DNA of 64,000 nucleotides from positions 53,444,001 through 53,508,000 of the forward strand of contig NC_090338.1 in assembly GCF_035084215.1 (NCBI RefSeq). Direction: 5' to 3'. This DNA is from Heptranchias perlo. Its lineage: Eukaryota. The notes under the pieces were generated by a model, which was given only the letters and a program-made list of their open reading frames with translations, searched no databases and was not told the DNA's origin. Shown one piece after another: positions 24,991 to 36,574 of this stretch. Made by a program: the position numbers and the translations under genes. The stretch's first letter is position 1. Each line of letters begins with the position of its first letter.

Positions 24991-25533
24991 GGGTAGAAAT
25001 TGGTCACCATTGTGGGAAAATGACCAAATTGGCCTCAGACAATTTTCAGGCATCTGCTCAGCCACCTAAAACAGGTTTTAGACCCCCTTGCCTATGCTTA
25101 TGAGGGGCCAAACAACCTGTTTTAGGACGCCTCATGGAAATTGGGCGGCCCTCAGCAGAGCAAGCACTGGTCATGCTCTGCTCAAGTTTTGCTGGAGTGG
25201 ATTTGGTTGCTGCCAAAAAGGTAAGTAAAACATTTTTACATTTTAATATGGAGCCGGGGGAGGACTCCCAAAGGCCGCTGCCAGCCACGATTGGCCCATA
25301 TTCTGCTGTCCTTCCCCCGCCCCTACCTGAAGCCGCTACCAGTGTGGCAAGCAGCTCAAAATTCAATCCTTGTGAGCTGCCTGTGGAGATGCAACAGGTG
25401 CTGGCAGCTCGCCCGGAATATTTAGATAAGGCCTAATTTCGGGCGGGTCTCGAGTCTCTCAGTTCGGACGTGTGTTGCTCGCGCAGCACCATGTCTGGGC
25501 CCGAAAACGGCAGGCCCAGAAGAATTTCTACCC
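24991..25533. mobile_element. Harbinger-type MITE
   Basis: Perfect 11-bp TIR GGGTAGAAATT / AATTTCTACCC; GC-rich interior; TSD not clean. Confidence 0.7.
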
Positions 25534-26179
25534 AAACATACCCTGGTTTAGTTGAAGCTATATTTGAGCTAAGTTTGGTTTCCAAGTATAAATACACATA
25601 GTACATCTTCTACCTTGAACACTGGAACTCTTATATGGAGTGAATCTGGCAGTCTAAAGCCCTGAGCCCCTTGTGGGTTTCATATCAGTCTAATACCTGT
25701 ACAGTGTTGTGTTCTCTGGCTTCTATAGGAATATGTGCAGGTCACTCCCAGGTTCACAATAGATATTTTGTAAGGAGTATTCTCCTTCCAGTCTTGCATA
25801 AATTTGAATGAATTGAAGACCACCTGAAATCTTTGAAGAAGCTGTTGAACATTTGTATATGCATCAAAAGCTAATTTAGTTATCCAATATTTTTATTAGT
25901 CAGTGGATCCTTTGTGCAATTGCTCATAGAGTTATATGGGTTAGGCATTTATCTCTCAACATTACTGCTGCTGGTCAGTGGTCAGCATGTCGTCATCAGA
26001 AGCAGAGTAAAGGTTTAGACAGTAATCCTCAAAATTTATGATTTTTCTGATGCAGTTGTGGTGATAAAATACCGTCTTGTATTAATGTGCTTACTGCCAT
26101 TAACATACAGTGTGACATTATATAATACCAGTGGCATTGCTCATGATGTGTTGACAGTCATAGTGTTTTGAAAGTGTCC

Positions 26180-27115
26180 GCTTGGCTCACTTGGTACCAT
26201 TTTTGGTTCCAAGTCAGAGGTTGTGGTTTAGGATTTCAGCATAATAGTACAGTACTGAGAGAATGCTGCACTGCTGGAGGCACCATCCTTCAGATGTGAC
26301 AATCAATCAAGATTCGGTCTGCCTTTTCCTATGGTTCAGTTAGGAACATTAGGAACAGGAGTAGTCCATTCAGCTCCTCTGGCCTGCTCCACATTCAATT
26401 AGATCATGGCTGATCTGTAGCTCAACTCCATTTTCCCGCCTTTGCTCCATATCCCTTGATACCCGTACCTAACAAAAATCTATCTATCTCAGTCTTGAAA
26501 GCTCCTATTGTCCTTGCCCCACAGCCTTTTGGGGAGAGAATTCCAAATTTCTACCAGGTGAACAGTAAAAATCTCTTGGCACTATTTAAAGAAGAGTGAG
26601 GAATTCCTCGTGTCCAGGTCAAAGAGGAGGAAATTCTCTTGGTATCCTGTTCAACATTCCATTCAATTAGACCATGGCTGATCTGCACTTCAACTCTATT
26701 TTCCTGCCTTTACTCCATATCCCTTGATACCCTTACTTAATAAAAATCTATCTATCTCAGCTTTGAAAGCTCCTATTGTCCTAATATCCATAGCCTTTTG
26801 AGGGAGAGAGTTCCAGATTTCTACCAGGTGAACATTAAAGATCCTTTAGCACTATTCAAAAAAGTGAGGAATTCTTCTGGGGTCATAGTCAAAGAGAAGG
26901 ATATTCTCCTGGTATCTGTTCAACATTCCTTCCTCAGCCAATACCATCAATACAGATTAATTGTGGTTCATCCAATTGCTGTCTGCGCTACATGCAAACT
27001 AGCTGCTGTGTTTGCCTAGATAACCATTGTCCATTCACTTCAGCATAATTAATTGATGAAAGCACATTGAGATATTTCTGAGAATAAGGTGCTATGTAAA
27101 TGTAAGTCTTTCTTT
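26180..27115 (+). mobile_element. DeuSINE-like SINE with inserted antisense CR1 3' fragment and internal tandem duplication
   Basis: Head TGGCTCACTTGGTA, Deu-like GGAGGCACCATCCTTCAGATGTGAC, tail GGTGCTATGTAAATGTAAGT; CR1 piece 26341-26555. Confidence 0.7.
26393..26929. repeat. 268-bp tandem duplication (2 diverged units)
   Basis: Unit 1 26393-26660 and unit 2 26661-26929 both run ATTCAATTAG...CTACCAGGTGAAC...TTCAACATTCC. Confidence 0.9.
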
Positions 27116-29289
27116 TGAACACACAGTATATAACAGTTGATCTCCTGGGACATTGCTCACAGATCAAAAAAAAATGTCTCTCTTCCTGTAACTATCTCTG
27201 TCTTCTACTCTAATTCTTTCAGTCTCTCTCTCTCTGTCTTCCAGTTTATGTTCTACTTATACTGCCTCTTTCTCTCGAGCCCTATATCCAAATCCATCAA
27301 AACTGGGCAAAAAAAATCAACTGTTTTGGATTTGAGGTTTATCCCTAGTTTCCAGGCAACAAGAAATATCAGTGCAGTTGCTTAACATCACTACTTTGTG
27401 CTTGTTCCATGCCTGTGACTCAGTTTTAAATTCTCCAAGTCTGCAATACTGCAAATGCTGCAGACTTTGCACCCAGAGAGAACCTACCAAAAACTCTCCA
27501 GGTATAATTGTAAAACAGTTTATCCAACATAAAACAGTCAACATCTTTACAAAGTGGTGTCTACTGCTGCTGAAGCATTTGAATAGCTTAGAAGGTGAAT
27601 GTTTGAGTACAACCTGGTTTGGAGCATCTAATTACATTTTCTTACACAGCTAACAGGGAATATCATAGGCGTTCACATCATTAATGCTAGACAGTATTTT
27701 GTCACCACAACAGCAACAGAAAGAGAAGTGTTATGTGTTATATATAAATAGAAATTATATATGACAGCCCCACTGTAATTTTTTTCCTAATGTTTCTGGA
27801 CAGATTAATACATGAGTTAGAAAGCTCTGCATTTGTAATGACCTGCCCTTAGTGAAAATAATCAAGCTCTAAAGCTCTATTACCGGACAAAAATAGAACC
27901 AGCTTACTTTAATGAGATTTCTGGCTCGTGCCCCAGCTGTTCAGCACAAGCTGCTCTCCTTGCTCCATGACCCACCAATTTGTGGCCTCACTGGTAATGA
28001 GATTGTTTCCATTTCCTAAAATGTGAAGAAAGGCAAGCAAGGTGCTCGTTCTGTAAATGCATCCACTTCCCTCCCTGCAATGGGATGCACCAAAAATCGA
28101 TGCCTATTTGCAGTTTAAACACTTTTGCACCAAAACACATTACATACATAATTGAAGTGAATGTAACAGTAGAAGCACGTGTTTAACTAACATTAAGATT
28201 GCAATAGTTATATAAAAGGTTTAAAATACATGTGAAGAAACTAAGATACAAATTCCTTAAATGGGGCAAATGGTGTCAGCATTGGAACAAACAAACAAAA
28301 AATAGATAGGAATTTTGAACTATAGAATGCAACTGAAGTACATAATTAATTTCCGTTGATTTTTATAATTCAGCTGTGATGCTCCAGGACCTTGTCCACA
28401 CTTAGTCATCCTGTATTGCTCTTTATCTTAGTAAATAAGATTGAGCAGACTCCAGAAAGGTAGAGGAGGAACCAGGTTTAAACCAGTCCATCCTTAAATT
28501 TTAATCAGTCTCTAGATCCACACCAATGAACTTTATGACTCACATTCGCTGCTTGTTTCTTTTGTTCATCCAAGGATAAGCACCAACATAACATACTAAC
28601 ACCCCACTATTCTCCAAGTTGTGCTGTAAAACAACTTAGAAAATATTTTTATTTAACAGTGATCTATTTATATTCAGGTGTTTATAGATATATTACTTTT
28701 ATTATGTCAAACCAAAGATACAAATATAATGCATATGAATTCCCACTGTGCAAAATACATTAGCAACTTAACGATCGAGTTGAATTCTAGATATGGAGGA
28801 ACAGTATAGAACCTATTTTCAAAAGTACTTTTGCCCAAAACTTGTGCCGATTGCGTTAACACCAGGCAATTTTTATAAATTTCTTCAAAAACACTATTTT
28901 CAGCAGTTTTCTGTGTTGTTTTATATCACAAGCTGTTATGCTCTGACCAGAAGCTCTATGTAAATGACATTACCATTACACATTTGGTGCAATTGAAGGC
29001 CATATGTGTCATTTTTCCACTGAAGTAATTGCACCACAGGGGGAAATGTTGCAATTTAATCCCAGAGGGCTAGGAATTTGTGTGTCAAAATAAGGTAAGA
29101 TGGAAACCAACACCAGCGCCTCCCCTCTCAGGAGGTCAAAAACAGTTTGAATCATCACCCTATCAGATGCAAAAGTAGTGTCCCCACATACTGGATAGGC
29201 TTCCCAAAATACACATCAATGCCTCCATTTTAGATATTTTTTTTTAAATGACAGCTAGCAGGGCCTTGCAGTTATATTTTCTTGCCCTC

Positions 29290-30110
29290 TTCCAAACTTG
29301 AAAGTGTTGACTCCTTACTGAGAAATAGCTCCATGGAAACCAGGTGCGCTCCACTCTCTTATCCAAGTGGCTGCTTTTTTTTATTCATTCATCGGATGTG
29401 GACATCGCTTGCAAGACCAGCATTTATTGCCCATCCCTAATTGCCCTTGAGAAGGTGGTGGTGAGCCGCCTTCTTGAACCGCTGCAGTCCATGTGGTGAA
29501 GGTATGCCCACAGTGCTGTTAGGTAGGGAGTTCCAGGATTTTGACTCAGCGATGATGAAGGAACGGCGATATATTTCCAAGTCAGGATAGTGTTTGACTT
29601 GGAGGGGAACGTGCGGGTAGCGGTGTTCCCAGGCACCTGCTGCTTTTGTCCTTCTAGGTGGTAGAGGTCGCGGGTTTGGGAGGTGCTGTCGAAGAAGCCT
29701 TGGCCAGTTGCTGTAGTGCATCTTGTAGATGGTACACACTGCAGCCATGGTGTGCCAGTAGTGGAGGGAGTGAATGTTTAAGGTGTTGAACGTGAGTCTT
29801 GATAATGAACGTTAGCATGCTATTTGACCACTGACGGCATCACAGCTGAGCCTAAACCTGTTCTCTCCCGATGTTCAAGTTCAAACACTTTCATCAAGGA
29901 CCACTAGATAACGATTAGGAACGGGATTCTGGTCCAATTTCTCCCCTTTCTAGCCCAGGGGCACTGAGGCCAATTGATTGTAGTGCCCCACTGTCAGCCC
30001 AGCTGAGATCAGCTAACTCAACACAGATCAAGGATCAATCCTGTGATCTTCCTGATCTGTATGGCTCAGCTACTCAGTAAATAATCTTACTGAATCATCA
30101 CAGGAACAAC
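29290..30110 (-). mobile_element. SINE-like family B copy split by LINE insertion
   Basis: TTGACTCCTTACTG at about 29307 and GCTGAGATCAGCTAACTC...CTGTATGGCTCAG mirror 15095-15490. Confidence 0.6.
29375..29790 (-). mobile_element. Second LINE family 3' fragment (poly-A tailed)
   Basis: Reverse complement of 14000-14408; ORFs 29424-29748. Confidence 0.88.
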
Positions 30111-30940
30111 TCCACAAGTTTACAGAAATACACACAGCTTAATGAGGAGCATTTTGATGGAACATCTTGTTTTTTTACCTCCCTTCAATAGACAGGGCAT
30201 TTATGCCAATGTTGCCTTTCATAAACAATTCATGATTTTTATTAAATAAAATGCACAAACATTTTCTGACTATTACTCTATGCTGACACAAGAGTAACTT
30301 AGTTACTACTCTCATGTATAATCAATCTTTGGTGAAGATTTCCTGTATTCGCTATTTGTTGAGAAATCGTAAATGCATCTTTAAACTTTTGTTTACTATT
30401 TTGCTATGAACAATAAACACAGCACATGCCCCATTTGTATTCAAGGACAAAAAAAAGGAATTGTACCTACATGTATTCACTACACTGAGTATTTCTTTCA
30501 AACATAACATTTCTTCCAAGAATAAAGTAAAATAGAATGCCTATATGAATGGATTGTGGCGGGGGGGATATTCGATAAATCAGTACCAAACTTCTTGTGA
30601 GCCTGGGGACAAAGTCAAAACTAGGCTTGTGGCCAGGATGGTAAATTTTCTTCCTGGTGTCTATCTCTCTTCCTCCTTTGTGAAGGATGTCGCACCATTT
30701 TGTAAGTTGTTGTTACACTGTCCGCTTATTTCTTCAGGCACTAAGATAATGCCTGCATTAATTAGGCCAGGTGGTCACTGCATGTGTTGGCACTGAGCCC
30801 ATTTTATGATTGTGCACATGGAAGAAATAAATGGGACCATTATTGTTTCCACTAAAGAATAACACAAGGAGGTAATACATGAAAATGTTCAGATGATAAG
30901 TGTGAAGCTCTAACTTTTTATGATGTAATTTGAACACCGT

Positions 30941-31165
30941 GGGGTGAAATTGGACTTTGTTGCGGAAAACGGGTTCAAAAAGGTCCAACTTAGTGAGCCA
31001 ACCTCCTGCACCCTAACAGGATCGGGCCTGCTGCGATCACGATTACTTGACCTACCTGCAGCCTAACCAGTGGTCCTTAAAGGGGCCGCTGAGGGTTGAC
31101 ACCAAATAGGTACGTTTAAAAAACTTATCTGAATGTGGAGCTGGGAGGATCAGGAGTGCCCTCAA
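30941..31165 (+). mobile_element. Harbinger-type MITE left-end fragment
   Basis: Starts GGGGTGAAATTGG; shares interior blocks with 21740-21845. Confidence 0.55.
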
Positions 31166-31169
31166 ACTC

Positions 31170-31470
31170 TCTATTCCTCCAACTCTGGCCTATTGTGCAT
31201 CACCTTTTCCTTTGCCCCAACATTGGTAACCATGCCTTCAGCCGTCCAGGCCCCATGCTTTGTAATTCCTTGCCGAAGCACCTTTGCTTCTGTACCTCCC
31301 TCTCTTCCTTTAAGACTCTCCTTAGAACCCCACCCTTTTAACAAAGCATTTGATCAGCCCTCCTAATATCGCCTTCTTTGGCTCAGATTTATTTCTGATT
31401 TTGCTTCTCTGAAGTGCTGGGGAAATTTTTCTATGTTGAAGGCGCTATATGTGCAAGTTTTCGTTGATGA
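31170..31470 (+). mobile_element. L2 LINE 3' tail fragment
   Basis: Similar to 11215-11475 (GCCTTCAGCCG...TTTCTATGTTGAAGGCGCTATAT). Confidence 0.75.
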
Positions 31471-32325
31471 TAATACTGTTAGAGTGCTGTTGATAATCTA
31501 TACTGTTATAAAAATAATAGTTGTACTTGCTAACTGCCTACCTCTGTTTATTTTGCACTTCTAAACTCATTGAATTTCTCCTCAACCATCTTCATGCTGC
31601 TATCGTTGATGATAATTTAACCTTTTATTATTAATGTTTTTAAGATAGTGATCACATAATCCTTTCAGTGACATATGTTACGAGATTTAGGCTAACTATT
31701 GTGCAAGCTTTAAGTCACAATATCCAAACAGTCTATTGTTGTCCCTTGTTGCTGTATTAGATCTGCGAGATGAGGTTGCTATCTCAACCATGCAACTAAC
31801 AAGGCTTTGCCTTACTGATCCACAAGGCTTATTGGTTGAGTCTGATCCATTCAGCTAATTTTCCAGACCTGATCCGATGAATGAATTTTTTCTTCATAGA
31901 ATATGAGAATGGAATGTTGTCTGCCCTGAGGTTGCACTGTTATTCATAACATGTCGTCTTCCATCTCTAGTCTCATACCGCACTGAATGCAAAATTTTGG
32001 CCCTTCAGCTCTATTCTGCATTTTCTACATCAAAGTATTCTTTACCACTGCACCTGCAGTAAGTAAAGAGCATTTGCTCTGCTCACAACATAATAGAAAA
32101 TCAGAATGTCCTCTGCTGACCAAAGGAGTAGAATATATTACATAATGTGTGTAGGCTATTACACTGCAATGCTTAGTGAAATAAAAATTACACAAAACTG
32201 CAGTATGAGTCACACAGCAAAACCACTGCAGTATGATTCATGTGCTGCAGTTGTAGAAGCCCATCAGCAGTTTGAATCTCCACTGCAGATTTCTCTTTAA
32301 TGTGATTACAAAATAAAGGTATAAT

Positions 32326-33200
32326 CCCTGATTTTAAACCGGAGTGGGAATTGGGCGGGCAATGGGACTGGGCGAGTGGCAAACCCCCCGTGACAATTTT
32401 AAAGCCTCATTTTAATACAATTGATGGCTGCCCACCTTATTGTATCAAGAAACAGGCAGCCTGCCCATTTTCGTAGCGCATTTTTCCAGCGAGCCACCTG
32501 AGCCTTATTTAAAGCAGGAATGCACCTCTTAAAGCAAGGTTACATCCCTTCTGCCTGATTTGCTTGTTACACTGCTGGAAGAAGTGCTGCCCCAGATTTT
32601 CTGATGCTTTCCTGGAGTGGAGGTCAGGGTAAGGAGGGAGCTAGTGTTCCCCAGCTCCCGTGGGAAGATCCCCAGGAAAATATATCTAGCAGGCCTGGAC
32701 AGAGGTCACTGAGAGGGTCAGTGCCAGGAACATCAACCCCAGGACCTGGGTTCAATGTAAAAAGAGGTTCAATGACTTCATTCACAAAGGTGAGTACAGC
32801 TCTTTCTCTCTCCACCTCTCTCAACAACACTCCTGTCACCCCCTCCCCTACCACTCTCTACAATTTCCTCCTCTCCATTATATCCTTCAACATCCAATCA
32901 CAAGGGCACACTGCACCACCTCTCTTTCTCATTCCAAACACACTCACCTCTTCCTTTGCTATGTTCACACCAGGCACTAACAGCATTCTTTTCTCACATG
33001 CTAGCACTTGCAGAACCAGCAACTCCTACCAGGACTCCTTCCTCACCATATTCTAGAAGCCTGGCTTTCCCTTCATCGCCATCCGATCCTGATTCCATCT
33101 TGCTTCTTCTCTAGCTCTCAGCTGACGCACTAAATCCACTCTGCTCCATTTCAAGAGCCACTTGCTAACTCTCATCCTTTCTTTCTGCAGGACAAAACAG
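32326..33200 (+). mobile_element. Second decayed Harbinger remnant with Myb/SANT exon
   Basis: 32583 AAPRFSDAFLE and 32690-32789 QAWTEVTERVSARNINPRTWVQCKKRFNDF followed by G|GTGAGT; upstream TTTAAAGCAGGAATGCACCTCTTAAAG resembles 16020-16046; right boundary uncertain. Confidence 0.75.
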
Positions 33201-35761
33201 TACACAATGCAAGACCTGGGGAGAAGTACCCAGTATTAGCATTGAGTACTGCCATGTTCCAGGGGAGAGGTCCCGCTGCTCTTCTCGAACAATGTAGCCT
33301 AACCTTAACCTCAATATTTCTATTGTGCCAGTGGAATGTTTCCTTGTCAACAGTTTTCTTTGAAAAATCTCATCTTCTATTTTCTTTTAAGTTACAAAGG
33401 ACTGTTTTCTTTTCAAACATTATCCCGGCATGTTCCTTCCTTTAATTGCAGTGGTATCACATAGTCTTTGGTATTTATCATTTTACTACCCCATGATATA
33501 ATGATTCACTGCAACAAAAATCGTAATGACAGTGCAGTCTAGTAGATCAAAATGTGCAGCAATGTGCATACTGTGAAAACTAATCAATAGTGATCATAAA
33601 TGGGATGTATGGATTGAGTTCTTCATACTCTGGAAAGGTAAGGACCTTTTTTGAGCCAGTTTACTGACCAAAAGTATTCATGTCACCATTCCAAATGTTT
33701 ATCATTTTCTAGCAATCTCATTAGCAATAGCACTCAGTTTGATGTTTGTGTCACTTTCCAGCAATCTAATTGGCTACTGATAAGCTTGTGACTGATCTGA
33801 TTTTTCCATGTTTGATTTGCAGAGTTCTGGACCAATGCAGGTAAAGGCAGACCAGGGATTCAGCAGACTTCAATTTATATCGTGATAGCTTATTCGTCCA
33901 TGATGACTACAAGACTGGCTTTGAGAGCAGTGATTGATTTATGGGAATAATGTGATTGAATAATATTGTCTGATTTTAGCCCATGGTAACTTGCTCACTG
34001 GTCCCTGATATCCATGTGAGTACAACAAAAAGTGGCACCACAGTGACAAAGTAACATCATGGAGCAGTTTCAACTGCTTAGGCAAAAAGATCCAAGATCA
34101 TAAATTAATTAAATATAAATTTGGGAGGCGAAGAGTCAATATTCTCCATTTATTATAAAATTAATAAATAATTGTGGTACAGCAAACAAATATATTTTTA
34201 AAATTTTGTCTGTGAATGGCATGAGAGATAAACTGGTCTTCATAAATCAACTTCATTGAGTATGCTTGTGAGTCTCACTGCTACAGGAACACACCATCAA
34301 TGCAGCATTCCTTATTTATACTTGAAGTGGTGCAGTGTGCAGTTTATTTTCAATGGTTTATTGCCAAGATGTGTTTCTGAGGTTGAATCAGACATGAAAT
34401 TAGCATCAATATCAGCTTTTAAGGGAAAGCTGGGTCAATTGGACCAGGTGGGATGCAGCAAGAAGCCAAGAGAGTTAAGAATGCGACCTAAAAAGAGGCT
34501 GCCCAAAGTCACCCTGTGAGCTGAGAGTTGATGGATGTAAACATGAGCACTTTCTTTGTTGGAGGTCTTGTATGTGATTGGTTTATGCTAACCACATAAC
34601 AGATAATAAATATTACCTGGTTCTTAGAAACTAACCACATTAGTCCAAATACCAATCAGTTTGCTCAAAAGTGATTAAACACGTTTTTTAAAAAATAGAG
34701 AGTATAGGCACCTGAATTAATCCAAGATCTTGCTACACTGAGAAAATCTAGCATAAATAGGGCAGCTCTACTCAGTCTGCTTCAATCTAATATACTGAGC
34801 TCAGATTATAGTACCAGGTCTCAGTAAAACTCAGGCAAATCTGTTTTACTTGTCCAAGTTATTTTATTTACACCTGTTTTCCCCAGATAGTACAGCAAAA
34901 AGCATAAGTTTACAATAGGCACAATTAACTATAAATTTATATTACCTCCTTGCCAATAATTCACTACAAATATTGAATACAACTGTTACACAACCACTAT
35001 ATTTTTAAAAATAATTATATTTTAGTTGGCATGTACATAACTCCAACAGACTAAGTATTTCTGATGGGCCTAGTACTTTCATGATTTTCCCCTAACTCTG
35101 AGAAAACAGCCTCCTTGGGATTTTCCTTCTTGACACCCAAATGAAATTCCAGTGTGCCAGGAACTCGTTCAAAATTATCTCAGTCATATTTATTCTGGAG
35201 TATACTAAAAATTGTAATATATCTGCTTGGCCCTGTTTTTATGCCACCTAAAATCAGTGTTTTTGAATGACATGATGTGAGCATCAAGGAGACAATAGGA
35301 CAAGGCCACTGTGCGTCCAAAAAAAAGGTCTTTTGGAAAGATTTCACATTGGCTTCATGGTAGTTCCACTAATTTAATGACGTCAGGAATTCCATGTTTC
35401 AATATTAGGAAAGGGCACATCTATTTCTTGATAGTGTAATTCACCTTCCCTGGTGAGAAAGCTCTACATAATTTATTGGAAAATACATAGAGCAAACTGA
35501 AGATTATCCTTGTGAAATACATTTTTACTTTGATAGTGAGACTACCTAGGTAACTCATGAACAACAAGGTCATGAGTGAATTATAGCCAGCTTCATAAAT
35601 ATTCATCGGCAGAGCTAGCTTTATGGAAATAAGGCAGACGTAGAAACAAAAATACATACTTAATTGGTGAGCTGGCATTGAGCATTCTCTTTAGTTCCAC
35701 TTACACTATTTTTGTTTACAAAAAATAATGTAGCTTTAGCTGGAGACTATTTTAAGGTTAG

Positions 35762-36390
35762 TAAACATAAGAATATAAGAAATAAGAGCCAGAATAGGCT
35801 ATTCGACCCCTTGAGTCTGCTCTGCCATTCAATCAGATCATGGCTGATCTTCGACCTCAACTCTACTTTCCTGCCCAATCCCCAAATCCCTTGATTCCTC
35901 TAGAGTCCAAAAATATATCCATCTCAGCCTTGAATATATTCAATGACTTAGTATCCACAGCCCTCTGGGGTAGAGAATTCCAAAGATTCACAACCCTCCT
36001 CATGAAGAAATTCCTCCTCATCTCAGTCTTGAATGGCTGACCCCGTATCCTGCCATTATGCCCCCTAGTTCTAGACTCTCTAGCCAGGGGAAACAATCTC
36101 TCAGCATCTACCCTGTCAAGCCCCCTCAGAATCTTATATGTTTTAATGAGATCACCTCTCATTTTTCTAAACTCCAGAGAATAAAGGTCCATTCTACTCA
36201 ACCTCTCTCCATAGGACAACCCTCTCATCCCAGGAATTAATCTAGTGAACATTTGTTGCTCCCCCTCTAAGGCAAACATATCCTTCCTTAGATAAGGAGA
36301 CCAAAACTGTATGCAGTACCCCAGGTGAGGTCTCACCAATGCCCTGTACAACTGTAGTAAGACTTCCTTACTTTTGTACTCCAACTCCAA
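35762..36390 (-). mobile_element. CR1 3' fragment
   Basis: ORF 35863-36447 (LEYKSKEVLLQLYRALVRPHL...NLWNSLPQ). Confidence 0.9.
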
Positions 36391-36574
36391 AGTGTTACAA
36401 ACTTGCATGATGCTGTCATAATACAGCAATTGTGAAAATGTTTCCACAGATGCTAGCTACTAAACGTTGAAGCATTTGGCAACGTTGTCCGCTAACTCCA
36501 ATTACTTTTAACAGGCAGTTTTCTACTGTATTTTGATATTTTCTGTTTTGTAGCTTTTGGCTAACATCATCTCA

